Shown: positions 1 through 9,254 of the stretch, in pieces | Layout: each line of letters opens with the position of its first letter | Position numbering within the stretch: position 1 is the first letter of the stretch | Assembly (NCBI GenBank): GCA_963722305.1 | Contig: CAVRKE010000001.1 | Location: 245,549-309,548 of the forward strand | Reading direction: 5' to 3' | Length of the DNA: 64,000 nucleotides | Source of the DNA: Candidatus Levyibacteriota bacterium | GTDB lineage: Bacteria > Patescibacteriota > Microgenomatia > Levybacterales > UBA12049 | Notes under the pieces: model-generated | The model's input: the letters and a program-made list of their open reading frames with translations, nothing else | Database searches by the model: none | Told to the model about the DNA's origin: nothing | Translations under genes and position numbers: made by a program

Positions 1-277
1 GATCCGTAATTCCTCTTTCAATATCCGAAACTGCGGCATGAGAACGACTTAAGACTTTTCCTAACTTTCTGGGATTTACTGTTTTTTTGTCTTAGTTCTT
101 CTATATTTTTGCTCCTATTTCTTCTCGCGTTGTCATAATCGGAGTGTAGCACTTACTTACATAAAAAGCAATATTGTAAGAAAAGTTGACAGAAGTTAAC
201 TATTGTTGTAAGATAATCTTAAGCTAATTTAAGTTTTGCTTAAACAGCTACTCTCTGGCAGGAAGGAGGAGAATCTT

Positions 278-570
278 ATGATAGAAATTCAGATAATTGG
301 AATTAGGAAACCGGGAGGAGCTTACAACACTCACTCTGCAATAACCATTACCAGTGGCTTGATCAGACAGGCAAAACTGGTATCTGGACAAGGCAAGAGA
401 TGATAGATTGGCTTCTCAGCGACTTAAACCAGCATAAAGCTTTTGTTCGGGATCGTCAAGGGGATAAAGCGTATTGCAAGGTCGTAAAAAATCAATTTGG
501 AACGATTTTTTTAGAAACCTACGCAGACGGAACAATTGCAGATAATTTACTGAATTTACCACTCTGCTAA
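278..570 (+). CDS. DUF3892-like small protein, split into two ORFs (278..403 and 400..570) by a -1 frame change at an ATGA overlap
   Basis: AGGAGG Shine-Dalgarno 8 nt upstream of ATG 278; translations MIEIQIIGIRKPGGAYNTHSAITITSG... and MIDWLLSDLNQHKAFVRDRQGDKAYCKVVKNQFGTIFLETYADGTIADNLLNLPLC, whose C-terminal NLLxLPxC signature I recall from DUF3892. Confidence 0.35.
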
Positions 571-631
571 AACAGGGATAATTTTAGTAATTTGAAAAGG
601 TGGCAGCCAGAGCTGCCTTTTCTTTTTCTAG

Positions 632-892
632 CTAGTAGTTAATCTTTTCCTTGAAGTTCTTCAACATCTCGTTCAGTCTATCAGTTATCAACTTCTCTTT
701 ATTATCGTCTATATATTCACCAGAAAGAAGCTTCCAATCAACCTCTCCTTCGTTAATCTGCTCATCAACTTTGTCGATATTCCCGTCTTGCTTTATATAA
801 GCCTGCATTAAGACTCCGTTTTCAAGTTTGTAATAAGAACTCATGTCCTTATACGCATACCATTGATTATTTGTTTTTATATTTTTATCCAT
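632..892 (-). CDS. hypothetical protein, 1 nt downstream of the MTase on the same strand
   Basis: 86-aa ORF with charged composition and no recognised motif. Confidence 0.4.
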   Translation of the reverse strand: MDKNIKTNNQWYAYKDMSSYYKLENGVLMQAYIKQDGNIDKVDEQINEGEVDWKLLSGEYIDDNKEKLITDRLNEMLKNFKEKINY

Positions 893-893
893 A

Positions 894-2128
894 TTATAGA
901 AAGCTTTTATCAGAGATTATCTGATTATTTTCTCTAATATCCTCCTTATTAAAATTCTCGTTAATTATATACCTTTTTTCAAAATCTGACATAAACTCAA
1001 AACTTGAAGTGCCTTTATACCGAGAGGTTAAACTATGATAACTCTCTAATTCCTCACCATTTATATGGCTCATGATTGCTTTGCCTGCCATATAGCCTAA
1101 CTCAACAGGCACGGCATTTCCGATTTGTTTATAAACGCTTATTGGTTTTCCGACAAATTTCCAATCTTTAGGAAATTGTTGAATAAGCGCGTATTCTTGA
1201 ATACTTAGAGGTCGTAGCTCGTCCGGGTGAACGAGCATTGTGGCTGGCATTGTCGGGTGAGTAACCAAGGTAGGTGAGGGCTTATCCCAATTAAATCTTC
1301 TATAAAATCCCGTTTTCCCCCCAGAAAGGTAATAAGATTTACTCATTGCTTCTTCTTGAAGCTCATCTGGCAAATCCCTCCAATCCTGACCTCCGTTAAG
1401 AAGTTTTATATATTTTAAATGATTTTCTCTTAACTTAATAAAATCATGTTGTCCTTTTTGTATGCTTCCTATTGCGTCTCTAAGCGTTACGAGATTTAAT
1501 GCAGAAGTAGGTTTGGGAATTGCAATAGGATTCGAAGATAAAGCTCCGAACATGATAAATCTTTCTCTTCGTTGAGGAACAGAATAAAGAGAGCTGTCAA
1601 AGAGGTTGAAGGAATTGAATAACCAAGTTTTTCAAATTCTTTATAAAGAAAATAAACCACACTTTCTGGAACATCTTCAATTTTTTTATATTCCTGATAT
1701 TCGGGAGGAGTGTTCTCAAGTTTTGCATACAAAATTCCTCGAACATTTTCCATGATGAAATACTTAGGCTGTATTTCTCGCACATAGTCTAAAAATCTCA
1801 CAATTACGTTTCCGCGAAAGTCATCGAAACTTCTTCTATGTCCGGCAGTGCTAAATGCTTGACAAGGTGGCCCTCCAACAATTAAATCAACCTCGCCTGC
1901 TTTTAAATTTAAATCTTTTAGGATATCGCTTGGCTCAATAAGGTTAATGTCATTTTCATATACCTTTAATTCAGGCCTGTTTAGCTTGATTGTCTTAACG
2001 CATGTTGCGTCATTCTCAATACACGCGACGACTTTAAAGCCTGATTTCTCTATTCCCAGGTCTAAACCTAAAACGCCACTGAATAGCGATATCGCTTTTT
2101 TTGTTTTTCCTGACTTACGTTGCGTCAT
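894..2128 (-). CDS. DNA (cytosine-5)-methyltransferase, interrupted by an apparent frameshift (ORFs 1496..2128 and 894..1553 overlap)
   Basis: Motif I FSGVLGLDLG, motif IV GGPPCQAFS and motif VI ENV in the upstream ORF; motif X QIGNAVPV in the downstream ORF; junk-like tail after the TRD in the first ORF. Confidence 0.85.
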
Positions 2129-3087
2129 ATGTATCTTTCCAAAACTTGCTCTACAGAGAGGCCTTTGTATTTATTTTCCCAGTAGCCTTTAAATTCTTTT
2201 ATCTTCTCATCTATAAGCTCAATAAAACTTTTATTAAGTATTCCCGTTGAAGAATTATCTAATATATTAAAAAGGTCTTTGTAAAAATCTTTTTTCTCGC
2301 TTATAAAATCCCAAAAATCTCTACCAATCAATATCTTTTCTTTCCCTCCACGCAAATGACCTATTTGGTCAGATAATCTATCCTTTGTTCCATAAGTTAT
2401 TCCAAGCAATCCTTTAGCCCCTGGTCTTTCTCTCTCTAGCTCAGATATTGCTTCTCCAAGGCTTGTTACCATTCCAACGTTCATTGAATTGGGGCCACTT
2501 TTGATTTGAATATAATAGTCAACATTTTTAATGCTTTTCATTAAATCGAAATTTGTTCCTTTTTTATCTTTAATGATGTAATCATTATCTTTGCAACCTG
2601 TAAATTTGGCTATAGATTCTACTGTATCTCCCCATGAGGTTACCACTGACCTTGTTATAGTTTGATAAAGATTGAAAACTATAATTTTTTCAGGCGTATC
2701 AAGATTTAATCCCTTAGCTAATAAAGGATTTATATCTAAATTCTCAAATTTTAATTGAACAAGCATTTCAACCTGCGACTTTAAAAATTCACGGCCTAAG
2801 TAAAAAACCCAACTTTCTTCCAAGGATAGTCTCTGAGGTAATGGCGCTTTTGATTTAATAAGTTCATCTATTTGTTCCGTAGATAATACTTGCTTATCTT
2901 TTGAATTTTTTATTTGAGAAAGACGCGCTATGTCAGCTGCTAGGAATTCCTGAAGGTTGCCTTCAAAATCTGCTGCAATCATTCCAGCAGTAGCAGTTCC
3001 TACACCGTTAACAGACCTTGCAATTTTCATTATTAAGGTGTCTACGGACTCTTTTATACCCTCTATTGCTGGTTCATTAGTTGCCAT
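2125..3087 (-). CDS. putative type II restriction endonuclease partnering the m5C MTase
   Basis: ATGA start/stop overlap with the MTase gene; N-terminal helix-hairpin-helix-like ARSVNGVGTATAGMIAADF; candidate PD-(D/E)xK-like NVDYYIQIK. Confidence 0.45.
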   Translation of the reverse strand: MATNEPAIEGIKESVDTLIMKIARSVNGVGTATAGMIAADFEGNLQEFLAADIARLSQIKNSKDKQVLSTEQIDELIKSKAPLPQRLSLEESWVFYLGREFLKSQVEMLVQLKFENLDINPLLAKGLNLDTPEKIIVFNLYQTITRSVVTSWGDTVESIAKFTGCKDNDYIIKDKKGTNFDLMKSIKNVDYYIQIKSGPNSMNVGMVTSLGEAISELERERPGAKGLLGITYGTKDRLSDQIGHLRGGKEKILIGRDFWDFISEKKDFYKDLFNILDNSSTGILNKSFIELIDEKIKEFKGYWENKYKGLSVEQVLERYI

Positions 3088-3183
3088 TATAAAACCATTA
3101 TAATCTACTTCATTAATTTAATCATCATCCTAATTTTCTCCGAAAGTCTTTAAAATAATTATACAACCGGCATAATATTGCTT

Positions 3184-3597
3184 TCAACTCCAAGGGAGTT
3201 TCTGAATCATTTCTCCAACTTCATCTACAACTCTTGTAGTAAATTTATCGATGTCCGATAAGTCTTTTTCGATTACTTTTTTTACACCTCTATCTTGTGC
3301 CTGCTTATTAAATCTTGTTACTGCTGAAATCGCAATTACTTTTTCTACTCCTAGATGCTCTACGTCTAGAACATGAAAACTTGCATTTATCTTGCAATCG
3401 CGATCGAGAATTATTATGTCAAACTTTGCCTTAGGGTTATCATTGATAAGATTCTCTACCTGCTCTGAATCATTAATTACTGTTAAGGAGAATTCGAAGG
3501 GTTGGCGATCTTCTAATGTCGAAAGTTTTTCGAGTAACTTAGAAAGAACTAGATAATTATCTTCTAAAATAAGGATCCGTTTTATTAATAGCGTCAT
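3184..3597 (-). CDS. stand-alone response regulator receiver (CheY-like) domain protein
   Basis: ILILEDN acidic pocket, FDIIILDRD phospho-acceptor Asp, VIAISA Ser/Thr and a conserved Lys. Confidence 0.7.
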   Translation of the reverse strand: MTLLIKRILILEDNYLVLSKLLEKLSTLEDRQPFEFSLTVINDSEQVENLINDNPKAKFDIIILDRDCKINASFHVLDVEHLGVEKVIAISAVTRFNKQAQDRGVKKVIEKDLSDIDKFTTRVVDEVGEMIQKLPWS

Positions 3598-3631
3598 CTG
3601 TAAGCATTATAAATCAATAATCTCTTGAAGG

Positions 3632-4039
3632 TTAAGTTTTCTTTAGTCTATCCGGATATACTATTTCTCCCTTAGGTTTACCTTTCATATATACTGAGGG
3701 GTCTTTGGGGTCGTATTCTAGCCAATCACACGGCGCTGTAACGCCTTGCACAAGATCAACTACAGCTAACTCATTCCAATACCTTTTTCCATCTTTTATT
3801 TTAAACGGAGTTAATCCTTGCTCTACCCAAAATCTAATAATTTCTTCAATATCCTCTGGCCCCATCGCACCGTCTTTATAAAGATATTTATCGTATAGAA
3901 TCTTTTTTCCGATCCATTGCCTATTAAGCTCAAGCACACCTTTTAACTTTCCTAAGTGCTTACACTTTTTTTCAATGATTTTAATTGGAATTACAACCGC
4001 AATGAATTGATGATAAATAGCCATATAGTGTTTGGACAA
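3632..4039 (-). CDS. hypothetical protein
   Basis: 135-aa ORF, no recognised motif. Confidence 0.4.
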   Translation of the reverse strand: MSKHYMAIYHQFIAVVIPIKIIEKKCKHLGKLKGVLELNRQWIGKKILYDKYLYKDGAMGPEDIEEIIRFWVEQGLTPFKIKDGKRYWNELAVVDLVQGVTAPCDWLEYDPKDPSVYMKGKPKGEIVYPDRLKKT

Positions 4040-4042
4040 AAA

Positions 4043-4276
4043 CTAATTATTGTTTTGCTGTTTATTCCTAAATATTGAAGCAACAATAATAAAAATTACA
4101 GTAATAATTAATGAGGCTGTGAAGAGACTGTAACAATCGTGTCCCCTTGATGCGCAAGTTCCGGATCCATTATGGTTAGTCACATGTATCCAGTCGATAA
4201 GTAAAGAAATGATATAGATTACAGCAATAAATTTTTGCTTTTTATTCTCAACTAAGTTATTAAAAAAAATGTTCAT
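4043..4276 (-). CDS. small membrane protein (hypothetical)
   Basis: 77 aa with two hydrophobic segments. Confidence 0.3.
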   Translation of the reverse strand: MNIFFNNLVENKKQKFIAVIYIISLLIDWIHVTNHNGSGTCASRGHDCYSLFTASLIITVIFIIVASIFRNKQQNNN

Positions 4277-4292
4277 ATAAATTAAACATTAT

Positions 4293-4802
4293 CTATATAA
4301 TATCTTTTGACTTAACATCATCTATTGCTCTTTGAACGGTGATTCTGTAATTTTCATTCTCGTTTTTCAAAAGATCGGATGAGTAATCCAAGAATAACCG
4401 GTAATATGCCTTAGCATCATCAATCTTGCCTGCTCTTTCTAGGACTGTGCCGGCCTTATAGGTATTTAGTGGATCTGGATCAATTGAAGCTGCTTTTAAA
4501 GCTGAGGCAATAGCTTTCTCAAACAACTCCTTTTTTTGGACAATTGTTATTCTTTGTATAGAAGAGGGGAATCTTATTCTGTTTAAATACTCTTCCGCGA
4601 GGCTAAACAGAGCTTGAGAGGCAATAGTTTTATGCATTATTTTAACTAGTTCTTCGGGCGCATACCACTCTCCCTGAGCTTCTTCTTTTTGTTTAGCCGA
4701 CAGAAATTGTTTCCATGCACTATTTACTGTCTGCTTTTCCTCATCTGTTAGATGAATTTCTTTCTTGCTTTTGTTATCTGATTGCATAAGTAAAATATAC
4801 AT
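4293..4802 (-). CDS. hypothetical protein, TPR-like helical
   Basis: 169 aa; AYYRLFLDYS and AIASALKAASIDPD look like TPR. Confidence 0.4.
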   Translation of the reverse strand: MYILLMQSDNKSKKEIHLTDEEKQTVNSAWKQFLSAKQKEEAQGEWYAPEELVKIMHKTIASQALFSLAEEYLNRIRFPSSIQRITIVQKKELFEKAIASALKAASIDPDPLNTYKAGTVLERAGKIDDAKAYYRLFLDYSSDLLKNENENYRITVQRAIDDVKSKDII

Positions 4803-4845
4803 CTTTTGAGATCATAATGCTAGTTATTGTCTGTAGAGTTATTGA

Positions 4846-5079
4846 ATGCATTTTCATACTATTCTAGATATGAAAACAACGCCGGCACGAAAACAACTTG
4901 GAGAACGGATTAGAAAGCTAAGAAAAAAGCAAGGGATCTCTCAAGAAGAACTTGGATTCAGATCGAAGCTACACAGAACATATATTGGTGCTATTGAGCG
5001 CGCAGAGCAAAATGTTTCTATTGATAACATCCATAAGATTGCCAAGGCTCTAAAAGTATCCCCAAAAGAACTTTTGTAA
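4846..5079 (+). CDS. XRE-family helix-turn-helix transcriptional regulator (Cro/C1 type)
   Basis: LGERIRKLRKKQGISQEELGFRSKLHRTYIGAIERAEQNVSIDNIHKIAKALKVSPKELL is a classic HTH_XRE. Confidence 0.75.
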   Translation: MHFHTILDMKTTPARKQLGERIRKLRKKQGISQEELGFRSKLHRTYIGAIERAEQNVSIDNIHKIAKALKVSPKELL

Positions 5080-5089
5080 AATAAAAATT

Positions 5090-5800
5090 CCGCCATCTTC
5101 CACCATCAACGAGGCTGTGTAAAGATTACTTAATCACGAAAATGCTGAAAAATGCTGAAATTTTTCGCACTTCTATGCAAAAATGTTAAGTTTTGTTAAG
5201 GTTTTCTGCATTATTTATACTTAAATAAGAGTTTGGTGACACGATAAAAAGAAGCTAAAAAGTAGTTTATTATCACTATAAAGATGGAACTATGATAAGA
5301 ATTGATAAGATTTTTCGCGCTACATACGAAAATACTAAAATTTCCTGAAATTTTTAGAGTTATCTATGCGTGAATGAAAGTTTCTTGACACGATAAAAAG
5401 AGGCTAAAGAATAGTTTCTTCCCACTATAAAAGGGAATATATTGAGTTTTATTGAGGTTTTTCATATATTTAGCCAGCAAATGCTAAGTTTTGCTAACCT
5501 TTTTGACATCTAACTGCCACAAAACTAGTTTTGTGGCACTATAAAAGAGGCTAAAGAATAGTTTCTCCTCACTATAAAAAGAAATATGCTGAGAATTGCT
5601 GATATTTTTCGTTTTACAAGCTACAAATGTTGAGGTTAGTCAAGGTTTTTCATGTATTTTAGTCAAGAAATGTTATTATTTGTTATTATTTTCCGCTATT
5701 ACCACACATAACTAGGCACAATAAAGAATTTTTCGGCACTTATAAAGAAGCTAAAATTGAGTTTTCCGCCGCTTTACGCGCGCGCGTGCGCGCGAGATTC
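5090..5800. repeat. tandem array of four degenerate ~149-bp units (core starts 5238, 5387, 5536, 5736), each with a conserved ~45-bp core GACAC(G/T)ATAAAAAGAGGCTAAAGAATAGTTTCTNCNCACTATAAAAG and an internally duplicated variable part
   Basis: Direct reading; spacing 149, 149, 200 bp; AT-rich. Confidence 0.8.
5777..5797. repeat. alternating CG tract ACGCGCGCGCGTGCGCGCGAG, palindromic and Z-DNA-prone, isolated in AT-rich DNA at the end of the repeat array
   Basis: Direct reading. Confidence 0.7.
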
Positions 5801-5850
5801 TTTGAGTAAATTTATTAAATCCTGTAAAATGTAGATAGATTGAAATGTAG

Positions 5851-6543
5851 ATGAATATGAAGCAAAAAGATTTTAGTATCAATTACTCTTTGCGAAAACT
5901 TATTCAAGATAAGTTTATTCAAAGCATGGTAGCGGATTTATATAAGCACAGAAAAGAAACAGACCCGGTAACCATCTTTCTTCCGCTTACAAATGACCGT
6001 TTTAATAAAATCGCCTCTGATCCTGACCATGAAGGCATAGAAAATTTTGAGGAGCTTTGTCTAACTTTTGATGACAGTTTATTCTTAAATGAGCTTTTCA
6101 AGTTGAGAGTTTTGTCTAAAAAAGAATGCGCAGACGAGGATTTTTCGGCGTGTGTGAAAATAATCAATCCAGAGTTTATCGAACATATTCATGCGTGGAT
6201 AAAGGACAAAAATCTCATTATCAATTACGGCATTTTTAGCCTTCACACTTTTTCAGGAGAAGCATATTGTTTGGATAACAAATATGTTTTCCATGCCGGA
6301 AAGAGATCATTTCGGGTATTTCGATCCTTTCTCGAAGAGCCAACGCATATACTTGACTATCAAACCATTTATAAAATATTTTACAAAGGAGAAAAGAACA
6401 GACCGACTTACCGAATGAGTCCTACACAAATTCACCAAATAATAGGCGATATAAGGGAAAAACTACACATGAAGGGGGAACTCTCAAAATTGTTTGTCCC
6501 ATCATCAGATCAATACATCCTAAAATCAGATTTAGGCCTTTAA
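5851..6543 (+). CDS. DNA-binding protein with C-terminal OmpR/CadC-type winged-helix domain; candidate partner of the upstream repeat array
   Basis: C-terminal RVFRSFLEEPTHILDYQTIYKIFYKGEKNRPTYRMSPTQIHQIIGDIREKL matches the Trans_reg_C pattern (ends in an LRKKL-like motif). Confidence 0.5.
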   Translation: MNMKQKDFSINYSLRKLIQDKFIQSMVADLYKHRKETDPVTIFLPLTNDRFNKIASDPDHEGIENFEELCLTFDDSLFLNELFKLRVLSKKECADEDFSACVKIINPEFIEHIHAWIKDKNLIINYGIFSLHTFSGEAYCLDNKYVFHAGKRSFRVFRSFLEEPTHILDYQTIYKIFYKGEKNRPTYRMSPTQIHQIIGDIREKLHMKGELSKLFVPSSDQYILKSDLGL

Positions 6544-6652
6544 TACAATCCATTCAATTAGGTAATCTTCAAAATACTCCCCGATAGTTCCCCACCTATG
6601 ACTAGCCCATACCAAGAGACTCCTGCTTTATTTCTTTTTAGTATTCCACTAT

Positions 6653-6904
6653 ATGGAAAATAAATTTACAACTTACGACATACTTCTCTCCTCTTTTTTG
6701 CTTACCAATGAAATCAATCTTATAGGAATAAAAGAGACTTTTCCCCGTCGTTTTATTTTTATACTTTCAGATACCGATAAGTGTGAAAAACTTTCCAAAG
6801 AATATATTAACAACGCTTCGGCTCCTGCGCGAGAACTTTTTTCCAATCGAGAAATGCTTATCAATGAAATAAATAGAAAAATGACTAATGCAGTAAGGGG
6901 ATAG
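6653..6904 (+). CDS. hypothetical protein
   Basis: 83-aa ORF; weak. Confidence 0.25.
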   Translation: MENKFTTYDILLSSFLLTNEINLIGIKETFPRRFIFILSDTDKCEKLSKEYINNASAPARELFSNREMLINEINRKMTNAVRG

Positions 6905-7146
6905 AGAAGCGTATTGAAAACGCAAGCCGAAAGGCTAAGTGGTAATCGACTGCCACAACCTACCGCAGAAGGACTGTTCGGATTGAAACAAGCGGTTTCC
7001 CGATCACACCAAACGAACAGATAAGATGCTTTGCAAGACCGTTGAAACGCGTGAGCAAAGATTAACATCAAAAACCTTCTGGTTTATCTCTCTTCTTCTA
7101 AGAAATGAGATGAGTAACAGTAGTAACTAGGGAGAGGAAAAAGAAT

Positions 7147-7311
7147 ATGGAAAATCGAAAAATCGATCAAAAAACAACAAAACAACTAGTTATAGATGCC
7201 GGGTTGCACCAAAGACTTAAGATGATGGCGGCGGAGCGCTCTATGACTATTAAAACGCTCGTGGAAGGGTGTCTAGCGGAACTTCTAGTAGTTAAAGGAG
7301 AGGATTTATGA
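7147..7311 (+). CDS. ribbon-helix-helix (CopG/Arc-like) small DNA-binding protein
   Basis: 54 aa MENRKIDQKTTKQLVIDAGLHQRLKMMAAERSMTIKTLVEGCLAELLVVKGEDL has the RHH beta-alpha-alpha pattern; not in the ORF track because it is short. Confidence 0.5.
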   Translation: MENRKIDQKTTKQLVIDAGLHQRLKMMAAERSMTIKTLVEGCLAELLVVKGEDL

Positions 7312-7469
7312 CACCGGAAGAATTTAAACAAGCAATTCAAGAATTTAAGGTCATTTACAAAGAGGTATTCGGCGTCGAATTGAATGGTGAAGAAGCAACT
7401 ATAAAAGCCCGGAGCTTACTTCAGTTGTTCGACTGCTTGACAACAGGAACAGGAAAGGGATTACAATGA
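7308..7469 (+). CDS. small hypothetical protein, translationally coupled (ATGA overlaps on both sides)
   Basis: 53 aa MTPEEFKQAIQEFKVIYKEVFGVELNGEEATIKARSLLQLFDCLTTGTGKGLQ. Confidence 0.35.
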   Translation: MTPEEFKQAIQEFKVIYKEVFGVELNGEEATIKARSLLQLFDCLTTGTGKGLQ

Positions 7470-9210
7470 AATTAGAAGAGATAGAAATGCAAAAGCATCC
7501 AATAACCAAAAACGAAAAAAAGTTTTATATTATATACTGCCGTAAATCATCTGAAGCAGAAGATAGACAAGTTGAAAGCATCAATGACCAACTTAAAGAA
7601 GCTGATAAAATAATTCTTCAAAGAAGTCTCGACGTTAAAGACAAACCGTTTACCGAATCGCGCTCAGCAAAAAAACCGGGTAGGCTAGAATTTAACCGAA
7701 TGATTGAGGAAATTGATAATAGGCATGACATTAAAGGCATTATTTGTTGGAAATTAAATAGACTTTTTAGAAATCCTGAAGATGAAGGTAAAATAAGACA
7801 ACGACTTTCAGACGGAAGAATCGAAGAAATAGTTACGCCTTCAAAAACATACCTAGAGGCTGATAGTGATTTTACAATGGCGGTAGAAGGAGCTCAAGCA
7901 CAAAGGTTTATCAGAGATTTGAAGGAAGATACTGCAAGAGGAATCAAATCAAAACTTGATAAGGGTATTGCTCCGATATTAGCTCCACCGGGTTATCGTA
8001 ATTGCCTTGAAAAAAGACAAGGGGAAAGAAACATAGAGCCTGTTCCCGATCAATTTACTTTATCAGAAACTTATTCGAGATATATCTTACCGGCAATTAC
8101 TCCGTTCAACAACTATGGTTTAAGGCAAAAGAATTGGGTATAAAAAGCAATAGGGGCAATATTATTAGCTTAACGCAACTTTATAAAATGCTGACAAACC
8201 CATTCTACACGGGCACAAGATATGTCTATGCGGACAAGCTATATACAAACGGAGTTCACAAAAGAATGTTAACCGACGAAGAATATAATCTTATACAAGA
8301 AATTCTTTCAAAGAGAACGCATCCAAGGGGCTCAATTCATATGGATTTACTAACTGGAATTATGAGATGTGGGGAATGCGATAGAACAATCACTACCGAA
8401 GTTAAAACCAAACACTATAAAAATGGCACATCTCAAACATTTGTTTATTATCGCTGCACCAAGAAATGGAAAGGTAAAAAATGCACTCAACCTTATATTC
8501 GCGCAGAATTACTTGAAGAGCAAGTAATGAAGTATCTTGATGGATTACAACTTTCTCCACGCTTTGTGGAATGGGCAATCAAATGGCTTCAAGTAATGCA
8601 CGGGAAGCAAGAAAAATTACGGGAAGCAAAATATAAAACGATAGAACAAGCATATCAAGAAGTTGTTAAAAAGATTGTTAGAGTGGTTGACTTAACCCTT
8701 TCCGGGATGTTAACAGCCGAAGAAGGCATATTAAAGAAGCAAGAATTAGAGGTAGAAAAGAAAAGATTATCTGAAGAATTAGAAATGATTGATACTCATG
8801 TTTCAGAATGGAGCAGTCTTGCTATTCAAACTTTCGACCTTGTTAAAAACATCAAGGAAAGATTTACTAGCGGGTCTATTGAACAAAGAAAAACAATACT
8901 CCGCGTTATTGGCTCGAACCTAATATTAAAAGACAAAACTATTCAAATTGAGATTCGAAAACCTTTTGAGTATATACAAAAGGTTGTAAGTCAATTAAAC
9001 GAAGATAAACGGCTCGAACCTATCGATTTGCCTGATATAACAAGCCAAGAAGCCTTTTTGCACTCTCCAAATATAATAGTGGGTGGAAGACGGGTGCTGC
9101 CCCCGCTACTTCCTGGACCACAACCAGGCGCTCTACTGTTGAGCTACATCCACCGAGTGAAACGAGGTAGTACTATACCGAAGGTACAGTACACCGCACC
9201 TCAATTATAA
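7466..9210 (+). CDS. large serine recombinase (integrase/resolvase type) with an apparent +1 frameshift near 8048-8060; the C-terminal tail reads through an antisense tRNA-like sequence
   Basis: Catalytic YIIYCRKSS...DRQ; resolvase-domain GRLEFNRMIEEI; recombinase domain resumes in the other frame (IRNLFEIYLTGNYSVQQLWFKAKELGIKSNRG...NPFYTG); zinc ribbon CGECDRT...YYRCTKKWKGKKC; coiled coil. Confidence 0.85.
9082..9154 (-). tRNA. degenerate tRNA-His(GUG)-like sequence, possibly an att-site remnant or pseudo-tRNA
   Basis: G-1 plus GUGGAUG acceptor pairs with CUUCCAC and C73 (one U-U mismatch); D-arm GCUC/GAGC; anticodon stem CCUGG/CCAGG with loop UUGUGGU; T-stem GCGGG/CCCGU but a non-canonical T-loop GGCAGCA and a short D-loop. 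Confidence 0.35.
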
Positions 9211-9254
9211 CATCTTTTGAGGCTCAATAAAAATAAATTGTGTTACAATAAATT

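Noticed and set aside
4846-5079. XRE regulator as the controller (C) protein of the R-M system
   Set aside because: It is 1.7 kb away from the R-M genes, with four intervening genes, and on the opposite strand. Kept as a generic HTH regulator.
5090-5800. Possible CRISPR array
   Set aside because: The repeats are about 45-bp cores within 149-bp units, are degenerate rather than identical, and the intervening segments are also related to each other. There are no cas genes nearby. Treated as a tandem or iteron-like array instead.
5919-7071. Minus-strand ORFs 5919..6167 and 6673..7071
   Set aside because: The first is antisense to the winged-helix protein gene. The second spans the GC-rich intergenic segment with Ser/Leu-rich, non-protein-like translation.
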